The notes beneath the pieces were generated by a model. The model did not search any database. It saw nothing but the letters and a program-made list of their open reading frames with translations, and was not told the DNA's origin. A program made the translations under genes and the position numbers. A stretch of 59,592 bases of DNA, counting the filler, from Platydemus manokwari (taxonomy: Eukaryota): NCBI GenBank assembly GCA_037951405.1. It is 6 parts of 6 records of this genome, joined end to end, with 100 filler letters (N's around TTAATTAATTAA, not from the genome) between each part and the next. Parts side by side here need not be neighbours in the genome. Positions count along the whole stretch, not along the records: positions 9,334 to 19,454 come from JBBMOY011166435.1; positions 19,555 to 28,476 come from JBBMOY011329206.1; 4 more parts are not named here. One strand, given 5' to 3'. Positions within the stretch are counted from its first letter, which is position 1. Every line of letters starts with the position of its first letter. Shown here piece after piece: positions 12,313 to 25,500 of this stretch.

Positions 12313-15300
12313 TATTAAAATTAATGAATTCATTTTATTGAAATACTTATTCACAGATAGACAACACTTACTATAACTTTTGAAGCTTAATTTTTTACAA
12401 ATTTAGTTATTTTCACTTAAATTTAATATTTGTCCTTTCTAAATTATTCTTGGTTTATTTAATTTCATTAATCCATTAGTTAATATCAAATAATATTATC
12501 CAAATATATTTTACCAACATTTATGAGTTGTTTATTTGATAATTGGCTAGGAGACCTATCTCGGTATACCAATGACCCATCTTTATTTCGATGAATATTT
12601 TCATCGTCCTTTAGAAAATGACTATTTGGGATTCCGGATGATTTCTGAAAGATTTAACTGGAAGTTAATCAATTTTATTTTATAAGCATTTTTATTAAAA
12701 TATTTTGTTTATCACTGATCAACTAAAATATAAGCAAATGTTTGTCGACCTGTTGCTTTGAAATCTGACCATATGATCCATCTCTGCTTAAATTATCTCT
12801 ATTGGAACGCAAACTACCATCTTCATTGAATCTTTGATCATGTGAAAGATCATGAATTTTCTAAATTATTAAAATTACTAAATTAATTTCATTGAAATAC
12901 TTATTCACAGACATTATGCTATTTAACAGAAGCCCCTATCGCCTTCGTCAATTAATTTACTATGTTTCAAATCTAATTATTTTTCTATTCAAAACTTTTC
13001 TTAATTTTACTTTTATTCATATTATGACATCTTTTATCAAATATCTTTATCAATAACGGCTCTATATTTCATTCATCTTCATCAATTTAACTTGATCACT
13101 TACATAATAAAATTCATATTTAGATCGATAAAATCGTACACTATACAATGCTAAACCCAACTTCTAATCAGATTGCCAACCTTCCATTGATGCTATTGAA
13201 CACCTTCCTGCGTTAAACAGTTACAATGACAGAAAAATCCAATCTTATCTATATCTTAATAACCATTTTCGGCGAAATACTTTTAATTAATCGATCTTAG
13301 CTACATCTCTTGATCATGATAAGGAAAGATTCAATAAAAATCAATATTTAGTTTTAAAGTCGACTTGAGGAATTTTCTCAATTATGCTGATTTTAAATAA
13401 ATTTTGAATGAATGGTCAAATAAAATGTTATGATTTATTAATTTCAACTTGATATTTTCTTTTTTAACTTTTAATAAAATTAGTTAAAGAAAAAATCATT
13501 AGTTTTATTTTTCCAAAACAAGTGCATGAAGTATTTTAATAATTTTGATAATTAAGATATTTTTCATTTGAAAATATTATTAAAATCGCGGATTTCCATG
13601 GGAATTATTTCAATTCAATTCATTGCGAGATATATATCAGAAAATCAATAAAATCACAGAATTGACTTTATCGAGTCAGTCAAAATAGTATAATTGATTT
13701 TGATTATGAAATATATTAGATATATATCAAACTAACATTCGTCAACTGTTTGTGTGTTATTTGATTTGGAGTTCTTTCTCGGTATACCAATGACCCATCT
13801 TTATTTCGATGAATATTTGCATCTTCCTCCAGAAATTGACTATTTGGAATTCCGGATGATTTCTGAAAGATTTAATTGGAAATTAATCCATTTCATTTTA
13901 TAAGCATTTTTATTAAAATATTTTGTTTATCACTGATCAACTAAAGTATAAGCAAACGTTCGTCGACCTGTTGCTTTGAAATCTGACCATATGATCCATC
14001 TCGGCTTAAATTATCTCTGTTAGAACGCAAACTTCCATCTTCATTGAATCTTTGTTCATTTGAAAGATCATGAATTTTCTAAATTATTAAAATTACTAAA
14101 TTAATTTCATTGAAATACTTATTCACAGATAGACAATACTTATAATCACTTTGGAAATTTACTTTTTTACAAATTTAGTCATTTTCCTTTACATTTAATA
14201 CTTATCCTTTGTAAATCATTCTTGGTTAATTTAATTTCTCTAATCCATTAGTTAATACCAAATAATATTATCCAAATATATTTTACCAACATTTATGAGT
14301 TGTTTATTTGATAATTGGCTAGGAGACCTTTCTCGGTATACCAATGAACCATCTTTATTTCGATGAATATTTGCATCTTCCTCCAGAAATTGACTATTTG
14401 GGATTCCGGATGATTTCTGAAAAATTTAACTGGAAATTAATCCACTTTATTTTATAAGCATTTTTATTTAAATATTTTGTTTATCACTGATCAACTAAAG
14501 TATAAGCATATGTTTGTCGACCTGTTGCTTTGAAATCTGATCATATGATCCATCTCTGCTTAAATTATCTCTATTGGAACGCAAACTACCATCTTCATTG
14601 AATCTTTGATCATTTGAAAGATCATGAATTTTCTAAATTATTAAATTAGTTAAATCAATCTCGATGAAATATTTATTCACAGATATACAACACTTATTAT
14701 ATCTTTGGAAATTTACCTTTTTACAAATTTAGTTATTTTTTACTTTGCATTTAATATTTATCCTTTGTAAATTATTCTTGCTTTATTTAATTCATGTATT
14801 TTAATAACCATCTTCGGCGAAATACTTCTAATTAATCGATCTTAGCCACATCTCTTGATCATGATAAGGAAAGATTCAATAAAATTCACAGACATTATGC
14901 TATTTAACAGAAGCCCCTATCGCCTTCGTCAATTAATTTACTATGTTTCAAATCTAATTATTTTTCTATTCAAAACTTTTCTTAATTTTACTTTTATTCA
15001 TATTATGACATCTTTTATCAAATATCTTTATCAATAACGGCTCTATATTTCATTCATCTTCATCAATTTAACTTGATCACTTACATAATAAAATTCATAT
15101 TTAGATCGATAAAATCGTACACTATACAATGCTAAACCCAACTTCTAATCAGATTGCCAACCTTCCATTGATGCTATTGAACACCTTCCTGCGTTAAACA
15201 GTTACAATGACAGAAAAATCCAATCTTATCTATATCTTAATAACCATTTTCGGCGAAATACTTTTAATTAATCGATCTTAGCTACATCTCTTGATCATGA

Positions 15301-17043
15301 TAAGGAAAGATTCAATAAAAATCAATATTTAGTTTTAAAGTCGACTTGAGGAATTTTCTCAATTATGCTGATTTTAAATAAATTTTGAATGAATGGTCAA
15401 ATAAAATGTTATGATTTATTAATTTCAACTTGATATTTTCTTTTTTAACTTTTAATAAAATTAGTTAAAGAAAAAATCATTAGTTTTATTTTTCCAAAAC
15501 AAGTGCATGAAGTATTTTAATAATTTTGATAATTAAGATATTTTTCATTTGAAAATATTATTAAAATCGCGGATTTCCATGGGAATTATTTCAATTCAAT
15601 TCATTGCGAGATATATATCAGAAAATCAATAAAATCACAGAATTGACTTTATCGAGTCAGTCAAAATAGTATAATTGATTTTGATTATGAAATATATTAG
15701 ATATATATCAAACTAACATTCGTCAACTGTTTGTGTGTTATTTGATTTGGAGTTCTTTCTCGGTATACCAATGACCCATCTTTATTTCGATGAATATTTG
15801 CATCTTCCTCCAGAAATTGACTATTTGGAATTCCGGATGATTTCTGAAAGATTTAATTGGAAATTAATCCATTTCATTTTATAAGCATTTTTATTAAAAT
15901 ATTTTGTTTATCACTGATCAACTAAAGTATAAGCAAACGTTCGTCGACCTGTTGCTTTGAAATCTGACCATATGATCCATCTCGGCTTAAATTATCTCTG
16001 TTAGAACGCAAACTTCCATCTTCATTGAATCTTTGTTCATTTGAAAGATCATGAATTTTCTAAATTATTAAAATTACTAAATTAATTTCATTGAAATACT
16101 TATTCACAGATAGACAATACTTATAATCACTCTGGAAATTTACTTTTTTACAAATTTAGTCATTTTACTTTACATCGAATATTTATCCTTTGTAAATCAT
16201 TCTTGGTTTATTTAATTTCTCTAATCCATTATTTAATATCAAATAATATTATCCAAATATATTTTACCAACATTTATGAGTTGTTTATTTGATATTTGGC
16301 TAGGAGATCTTTCTCGGTATACCAATGACCCATCTTTATTTCGATGAATATTTGCATCTTCCTCTAGAAAATGACTATTTGGGATTCCGGATGATTTCTG
16401 AAAGATTTAACTGGAAGTTAATCCATTTTATTTTATAAGCATTTTTATTAAAATATTTTGTTTATCACTGATCAACTAAAGTATAAGCAAATGTTTGTCG
16501 ACCTGTTGCTTTGAAATCTGACCATATGATCCATCTCGGCTTAAATTATCTCTATTAGAACGCAAACTACTATCTTCATTGAATCTTTGATCATGTGAAA
16601 GATCATGAATTTTCTAAATTATTAAAATTACTAAATTGTAAATCATGCTTGGTTTATTTAATTTCTCTAATCCATTATTTAATACCAAATAATATTATCC
16701 AAATATATTTTACCAACATTTATGAGTTGTTTATTTGATATTTGGCTAGAAGATCTTTCTCGTTTTACCAATGAGCCATATTTGTTGGGATGAATGTTTT
16801 CATCTTCATTAATAAGTTGACTATTTGGAACTTGGTGTGATTTCTGAATATCAAGCTTATGTCAGTTGTTTCGTTTCATACAATTGAGTATTATAATTAC
16901 CAACAGTCTAAACTTACATCTGTAACTTGTTTATTTGATTCTTGGCTTCGGGATCTTTTTGTGCTTAATAAGGAGTCATGTATGTTTAAATGCACGCTTA
17001 TATCATCATTCAAACGCTGATCATTTGATACGCCAGAAAATTG
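12313..17043. repeat. Tandem array, ~554-bp unit with a 1981-bp higher-order period
   Basis: Unit recurs with a 554-bp period (14078 to 14632, 16059 to 16613); ~12904-14151 is near-identical to ~14885-16132. Confidence 0.92.
12519..17043 (-). CDS. Unrecognised repeat protein encoded by 12 tandem symmetric (phase-0) exons; start and stop not identified
   Basis: Exons 5'->3': 17043-16918, 16843-16718, 16613-16503, 16397-16272, 16059-15949, 15843-15718, 14632-14522, 14416-14291, 14078-13968, 13862-13737, 12860-12750, 12644-12519. All are AG|...|GT bounded, 126 or 111 nt and stop-free. Type A: KIHDLSNDQRFNEDGSLRSNRDNLSRDGSYGQISKQQ; type B: KSSGIPNSQFLEEDANIHRNKDGSLVYRERSPSQLSNKQLIN. Several inter-copy differences are synonymous. 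Confidence 0.72.
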
Positions 17044-17113
17044 CTAAATGGTATTGATATTTATGTTAAAGCTATTTATGATCAATATTAAATAAAGAAT
17101 TTTTTTTGAATAT

Positions 17114-17470
17114 TTAACCCCTGTACAATTTATATTATTACCTAAAGTTTAATTGTTGTTAAAAATGGCTTTATAATTTTTCAACATAAACGATTTTGCA
17201 TAAATATTAAAATCTTCACGGCGACTTATGGCTTTTATATAATCAATTTCTTTATCTTTATTTGGAGCTTCCTCTATTATTCGTTTCTTGTTAACATTGC
17301 GAGTTTATATTAAGAGTTTAATAGTCACAAATATGATAGATTACACTTATTTCATTTCTTAAACTCAATTTATGTCAAGCAAAAAATGTGATTTGCTGAT
17401 TTAAATTATATTTGGAAAAATTTTATTTTTAATGAATTTTAAATTAAAATTAATCGGTTAAAGGGGTTAA
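17114..17470. mobile_element. Possible TTAA-flanked piggyBac-like MITE
   Basis: TTAA-CCCCT... at 17114 and ...AGGGG-TTAA ending at 17470; the inverted match is short. Confidence 0.35.
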
Positions 17471-17599
17471 TTTCTCCTTTAACAAAGTATCATGTTTAAT
17501 ATTTTTATTAAAGATTATGATTATTTGAATCGAGTCCACAACGTGAGACTTTGAGCTACTGAGGAGTACATAATCTAACTAAATTCAGTAAAACGTGAA

Positions 17600-19400
17600 A
17601 ATTACTATTAATCAGAAAAATCTAGGTTTAGAAACCGTTTCAACTGCTATTTTCCGCGAAACTAATAAAAATTAAATTTATAATGCTTTGTCAATTGGTC
17701 AATTCGTTAGAACATATTTTGAAGAGTATTCCTACAAGGCTGGCAAACCAAATTATGAACTTAAACCCAGGAGAAACTCCAGCGAGAAGTATTCAAAATC
17801 TACTTTACAAATCACCTGAGAAAAATCTAAACATACTCGACAAAGAACACACCCTGAAAGGTTAGACAATTACGACGAGTATTCAAAAAATGTTGACCAG
17901 CCTCACAATGACCACAATCCAAAGAGAAATGTTAACAGAAGATCACAACCCCCTAGCTTCGAAGCTAGAAGAAATGTTACGCTGAATGGTCGCAAACAAA
18001 TTAATCGGTTGGACAGAGTTTTGGAGAAATTCTTATCGAATTACCTGATTGAAAATACGGATGGATACTCTCACTTAGAGAACAGACAATACCATCTCAA
18101 TGCAAAACTGTCCTATGCATATGTTGTAAAATCTGTAAAATGGAAGGATGGCTATAGTAAAAAAACTCAAGCATACGGAGATCAAGCGATAACAGTTACA
18201 GCATGAATTCAAACAAGGAATCAAATCCAGTTACAATCAACGATAAAGGTTTCAAAACAATAAGGAGGAAAACACATCGCGAATTTTAAATCAGAAAATC
18301 GGAAAACGAACATAAGCTCATCAAGTATTGACTATACAAGAAAAATTGAAGAAAAAATGATTTGAATTCCAAGAACAAACGGAGACCCCTTATTTCTGCT
18401 ACTATTAACTCCGACAACTCATGGTCTCTTAGCATTGACATCGGATCGCTAAAAGTTGAACAGCATCTCAAAACAACTTTAGATAAATTCAGAAAAATCC
18501 TTGGAGAAATGGAAAAAGACAACAGAATGAAGCTAACAAACATGTAAACAAGTGCTAAGGGTACCATCTGTAACCCTAATGATATCCCATCATTAAAGAA
18601 TAACAACGCACTATTGCAATTCAAAAAAATCTTTGTAATTATTGGACATGGTTACCAATAAAATTATGAAAGCTCTAATTAATATATTTCGGCAAACAAA
18701 TAGTCAATAATCAATTATGCATAGGCATAGATGTCATAATCATCAGAAGAAAATGTAAACAAAATATTTCACAATAATCGATTAACCAATTAACAGGGAT
18801 GGGACCGGCAACTGCAGAAAATCAAGGTGGCCTTATGTAAAAAAGAATTTTAATGTCGAAAATGTCTAGTGTTCAGAATTGATGATATTAAAGATATTCT
18901 GGAATTGCTGTTGTTCCATTATTTCAAAAACATGGAAATTATCTTTTGTCCACTTCTGATGAATTCTAAAAGCTGGATTCTAGTGATAATATTTATAACA
19001 AAAAAATAAATTCAATTGCTAGACCCTAAGGGTGATGTTATAAATAATGAAAAAACAAAATTCCTCAATAATTTAAATAGAAATATTTCCATAATGATAT
19101 GGAACAAAGAAGGTCTTAAAGAAAAGGAGTTTACAAAATCCAGAGTGCTACCGTGCAATTTCGGGGAAAGCGGGCCACTAGTATTTGTATTTATGCTGAA
19201 CATCAGCCATAATTTTTAACTGATCAGAACAAATATCAAGACAATAAAGAGAAAACCAAATACGGCGATCTTCGTACATGAATGGAAGGTCAAGAGAGGG
19301 GAACAATTAATGTGCACTCCTGATGATTGCCTTGAAGATATACTGGTCGACAAGATATTTAATCCGATTGTAATTTTATTATAGATTTTTTATTATTCTT
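17600..19400 (+). mobile_element. Degenerate A-rich coding-like relic, possibly a LINE fragment
   Basis: Strong A skew on + and a chain of broken + strand ORFs (17683, 18009, 18362, 19016); no diagnostic motif confidently identified. Confidence 0.3.
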
Positions 19401-19454
19401 TTTTCTATATAAATTTAAGTGAAATCGATTGAAATGTTGTTTATTCTTTAAACT

Positions 19455-19554
19455 NNNNNNNNNNNNNNNNNNNNNNNNNNNNNNNNNNNNNNNNNNNNTT
19501 AATTAATTAANNNNNNNNNNNNNNNNNNNNNNNNNNNNNNNNNNNNNNNNNNNN
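19455..19554. other. Assembly gap spacer
   Basis: N-TTAATTAATTAA-N, 100 bp. Confidence 0.97.
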
Positions 19555-22500
19555 TTCCATAATACACAAATATTTTTTAATTCTTTAACGTGCAAATCCC
19601 TTAATATCTCCAAACAAGAAATATATGACTTTACCACCTTCATAATCAAGGGCAGAATTAATTAAGCACTGTATAAATTTATATGGAAAATAATTTATAA
19701 GGGATTGAAAGTCATGAGGTGTATAATATATGGTTTGTTTTTTCTCTTCTCAATCAGTCAAAATACTGAAAGGCTGTGATTGGATGTTTATACCAGATGG
19801 AGTAGGTATAAATTTTAATTTATTCCTTATATAAAATGATATTATAAAAGAATTCATTAAAAAAGTGTTTTAACCAAAATGCGAATTTGATTCTCAAATG
19901 GAAAATATTCGAAAATCAAAACTCAAGTGTCCATTTAAATCGATGTGATCACGTTTCATTTTAAAAACATTGATTACTACAAAATCATTCTAAAGGCATT
20001 GTCTGCAAAAATACGCCTGATTCCACTACTGGAAATGCTTTATAAATAACTTCAATTAATTTTAATATTATTTTGAGAAGAAAATATTAATTTTTAATTT
20101 CTCTGACATGTGATAAAATTATTTGCAGACAATATTTTTTTAAAAGTTTTTTAGTTCAAATAAAATTTGAAACAATCCTTTAAAGTCATTGAACTGAGAT
20201 TTGTTTTTCAATGATTTATTTATATTTTACTATTAACTGATATAATAATCGTTGGAGGCCAATATGAACTAAAAATACCCATCTATTTTGTTGGGATAGA
20301 TATAAAAATATGAATTAATATTATACATTATATAAAAATTCACTAGTTTAAAAATGGTTTTCTGGAATTCAAAAAAATAAATTTCAAGTAATGCAGGTAA
20401 ACAAAACTTATTAAAAATTTTCGATTGAAAAATTTCAAATACACTGAAATTAAGAAGTCAATAACGGCCGACTACTGCTATAGATATCCAATAAACTATA
20501 ATTTTTGTGTAGTGATCATATGGCATAAAAATGATAAAATTTAGACACCTTCAATTCAGAAATGGACATTGATAAAAATCTGACTGATTGAATGATAAAT
20601 ATTAATTATTGATTTTTAATTGTAAAAGATGGCTAGAAATCGTTCGAGTGAAAAATGAAAACTTAAAGTGAATTGTCAAAAGATCAAATATTTTGATAAA
20701 GATATAATAAAGCAGGGATACTCGATACATTAATTAATCTTGGAAAGCTTTGTCAGAAATTTAAATCGTCAAACACAAAAAGTAAGTTATTTTTATTCGC
20801 AACGATATTATTTACTTAAAATCTATAAAATAAAAATAGAAGTGGTGATAAGTCGACTATTCTAGAATCTATATTTTATTGTTTTTTGTAAAACTAATTA
20901 GGTAGCATTTAAAAGTTGTTCTGTGAAAGTGAATTTCAATTGAATAATGTTGTGTTTTCATCTATTGACAAATAACTGATTCGAATATTGCTTAGAACAC
21001 AGTAGTTGGTGATGTAATAATCATAGTGTGAATAAACATGACCAAAACCCAATATCATTATCATAATGATATCTAGATTTTCTGAAATGGTTTACTGTGA
21101 AGATATTTGATATAAGAATTGTAATGTGTGGTGATTTCTGATTTAACGTCCGACAATTACAAAACATTGTTCACTCATTGACCTGTGCAATGGGCCTTTC
21201 TACTTATAAATAATCTATAATTTGCTCAATCATTGTTTTGAACCCAAGTCCACATGTCCATACGATTTTATTATTTGGTTACATGTATATCAATGTAAAA
21301 CTTAAATATGTATTAAAAATAACAAAAGCAATAGAAATTTATTGTGATTTTAATTTATGCGTCATTAATATTGTTGGGTAAAGTTCTATAATAAATAATA
21401 ATTAACAAAAAAATTATGAATCACTGTGAATTGTATGTTTATAGAATAATAGAACTATAAAATCTAAAAATATGACTTGTTTTTGGGTTGCTTGTTTAAT
21501 TTTATTATCAGTCTCTATATTTTATAATTTATCGTGGATCAATGCCGTCTTGACCAGTCTCTGTGAGCTCTGATCAATCTCTTAAGGTACACTCTATGAA
21601 ACCTTATCTTATAATCTTCTGTCTTCACCTCGCTATCAATATTATATGGAGATAGTACAATAGGCAGCAATGATTCAAATGCTATATTTTACAACTATCC
21701 GTCTCAAACTTAATTGCAATCAGTCTCAATTTTTTAATGTCCTATATCCACATCCTATCTAATCAACAAATAATTGATACAGTAATGTTTATTAATTACG
21801 AAATATACACCAACTATAAAATTAGACACAAATTGTTTGGTTAAAAAAAAATTCTAAGATTTATTAGTCATAAATATTGTTCTTCACGAGGCGGTGGGTA
21901 TATCCCTCACCTCGACTTAAAGTTGTATATAGTAGCTTTCTTTATGGTTTCTTCCTTTTTGAAATACACTATACAATGATAAAATAAACCTAGACAATGA
22001 CACCTACAAGTTCTGGAAAATAAGAACGGTTGCAAACTTCAACTCAAGAAGCCGAAACCTTTACCCGTAAGAGTTTATGGTGAGACAAAGCTCTATAGTT
22101 TGATGATAAAATGATATACGATATATAATATTGATTATCGGTTTACAGTATCAATTTAACTCACTTAATATCCTGGCAAGAACACAATCAATAATATGGC
22201 TTTGACCAAAAATCGATGTGCATATATCGGTAGGCTTCTATGGCAAATATGTATCATTGACTTCACTTATTCTTCTTAATTTTGAATTTGACTTCACGTA
22301 TTCTTCCTAGCGGTTTCTGTAAAATGGGCTAGTTGTGATCTTTTCAACTCCTATTTATGTTTTTTGTCGGCGCTTTTTTAATTTCCCCGAATAAAATATT
22401 TTGGTACAATTTTTAGAAAAATGCTTCATCATTAATTCATGAAGTTTCTTTAATTTTTTCCGACGTTATATTTGCTGTCATTATATAAATCGGTTTATTT

Positions 22501-25500
22501 ATAAAATATATTTTATTTTAAATAAATACCGTAATACATTATTACGTAATATATATATATATATATATAGGGTTTTGAGAATAAGGCATTATTTTGCATG
22601 AAATCTTAAGTGCATAAAAGTAGTCTGTTATTGCTAATTATATTTTTATTTTCTTAATCTTTCTGGAGAAGTATATTAAATGAATTCTTTAATAATATAA
22701 ATAGTATTGTAAATAAATTGAAATTATTAAATATTGGAACCGTTTAATTAACCCAAAATAAAATTAACCCTGGAAATTCTCACATAATAATTAAAAAATA
22801 GCCCTTATAAAAAATACTCTGATACAAAAACAGCCCGTATAAAGTAAGATCGAAAGATGAAAACCACCCGCATTAAAATAAGTTACCCGCATAAATTCGG
22901 CTGACAACAAGAAATAAACCCTGAATAAAATAAATTCCCTATATTAAATAATAAAGGACATCAAATTTCGTACTGACAACCCGCAGTCAAAAGATATTCG
23001 TTCAGATTAAAATGAAAGGAGCCCTCATTTGTCATAAATTGATACACTTTGCTAGATGAAAATCGTTACAAAACTAATTAATTTTATACAAATAAATAAA
23101 AACTATAAATTACTATATTATATACCGAATATTACAATTATACACAAAATATTGTCACCATAATTACACAAATTATTAGTTACATTCTCAGAACCCTAAC
23201 AAATAAAATAAGTTTATAAATAAAAAATATATAGATTAAAAATCTAATTATAGCGATTACGAAAATTAAAAATATATAGACTGAAAATATAACTAAAAAT
23301 ACAAAGCATAATAAATAATCATCTAATATAAAGAAGAATAACAGTGATAAGAAAACACCCTTAAAATTACTCATAATACGACTAATTGATATTTTACTTA
23401 GCTTACTAGAAGTAATCTGGTATATAAATTTACTAGTCGGAATTTATAAAATTGCTAGGAACAATCTGCTACTCAACCTAATTATTTGGAATCTTCTGAA
23501 ATTACTAGAAGCAATCTGACTATTTTTTTCAAGACAATCATCTTATATAAATACTCTAACATAGTGTTACAAGCGGAGAGAAAAAAGCGGTTAAATCGCT
23601 TGCTTTCAATTACTGTGTGTAGTAGTAACCTTAAAAAGAGAAGATTTTACCTGCACAGAATTGCTACCAGATTGTCTATTGAGTGCCACATTATCATTTC
23701 TTGATCACAAATCTTCGTAAGTTGTAATTTATTTTAAAAAAATTTCTAAATTATTATTTGAATTGGTGTATTGTATAGCTATATTGTAACAAAGAACATT
23801 CTAGCCCGAATCCAGTTCTTCTAAAATTTATTTTAATATCTAAAATCTTAAAAGCACAAAACGAATTTATAATAGCGGTTACGGTACCACTAGACCTAAC
23901 CACAGGTAAATTCAACTGAGGATAAGTTGTTATTAAAGTTTATCAGTTCAATAAAATCGCACATTAAAATTGTCCCTAAACATCGAATTACCCATCGTCT
24001 TGGTTATTTGCCTACCTTCTGACTACTTTTTATTTTGTTGTCGAAAATAATCGTTTGAATTTGATTATATTGTATCTTAATTTGAATTTTATTATATTGT
24101 GCCATAATAATTATATCTTCTTAAGATCGATATATTTACTTTATTATTATTTTATAATTTAATCTCTTATCTGTTCATAATTACATATACTTTTTGGATT
24201 CGGGTGTGCTAATTAACGATTATTAATAAAAAGCAATAGAGCTTAATTAATTCATAGGGCTTTAACACTTGTTTAATTTTCAACTTATTTTGATACACGT
24301 CATACAAAATCAATAACATTAGCAAATTCAATAATATCAATTTAAAAATCTTAGGTTTTTCCAAATTGATAGCACGGTCTTTATTTTAAATGCTTTTTCC
24401 AGCCGTTTTGCTTGATATAATAGTTATAAAACAGTTATAAAATTTTTTGTTGTTTGGGGACTATCAGAATTAAAAGACAATAAGTTGAAAAATTTATTAT
24501 GTCTATAACGGCAGGCTATAATTTATATCGATATTTAAAAATCTTTTCATTGCAAATTTTATCTGACAATATTAAATTCAATTAATGTTTAAAAGTTTTA
24601 AATGAATTGTTATTAATGTATAGTGATAAGGAGGAGAGCAATATTTTAAAATATTAACAATTTTTATAAATAACGAATTGCATTTCTGCAAGTTCCAGAG
24701 AAAATATTTCGATATATTAAAAAACTAAACTCATCCAAATAAAACCAAATATTGAAAATAAATTCCTACTAAAACTCTAGTATCAAAAAAATTCCAAAAG
24801 AATTACTAAATTCGCATCTCATAGAAATAATCACGCTGATTTAAAATTTTATTACAAATCCGAGTGTGGCGAAAAAATGGTGCACTTTTAAAATAATGTA
24901 AGGGATTATTTCGTTGCAATGACTCAATATATCACTTACGATAAAATAAAAACAAGCCTATGCAGTGAACCATTATCAGAAAACCACTAGAATAGAAAAT
25001 AAAATTTATTCTACGCATTCGACAGAAGATACCATTATCAGAAATCGATAGAGAATTTCTATGCCTAGTTTATACTGGAAGTTTAGAGATAGTAACAGTT
25101 AATTTTGTTTGTACACGTATTTTGAAATAAATCATATTCACATATTATCAATCCTTGAAAAACAATAGGTCCCAATAAGAGGAAGGTGCAGTCACATTGA
25201 AATTAGTTTTCTGAAATTGCTAAGGAAAAGTCAAGGATTTCCCAGAAGTATTTGCGTACTGTTTTTTTATTTTAGTATTATTGTCTCGTTATAAGTATAT
25301 TTTTAGCTTTCAAGCATGACTTTTATTTACTTGTTGCATTTGTAATGATTGATAAAAGTATTTATATCTTTAACATAGTAATGATAATTCATTATCTTTT
25401 CAGTTTGTATACTGCATTTCATATTCAAGTTTCATCAACACTTAATACTAAAAAACTCTGGTGCTAAGTATATAAACGCAAATATTCGACGAGGCAATAA

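Noticed and set aside
12313-17043. CRISPR array or tandem ncRNA (SL-RNA/tRNA/snRNA) cluster
   Set aside because: Units are ~554 bp with no unique spacers, the context is eukaryotic, and no SL, Sm-site or tRNA boxes were recognised; a spliced coding-exon model explains the conservation pattern better.
23180-23374. Hydrophobic F/I/L-rich ORFs (also 2339-2539, 25586-25987, 40287-40475, 43162-43443) as membrane proteins
   Set aside because: Expected by chance from T-rich strands in ~75% AT DNA; no splice structure or motifs.
24830-24990. Integrase-like HADLKF...VRDYF fragment
   Set aside because: Too short and degenerate to assign without a profile search.
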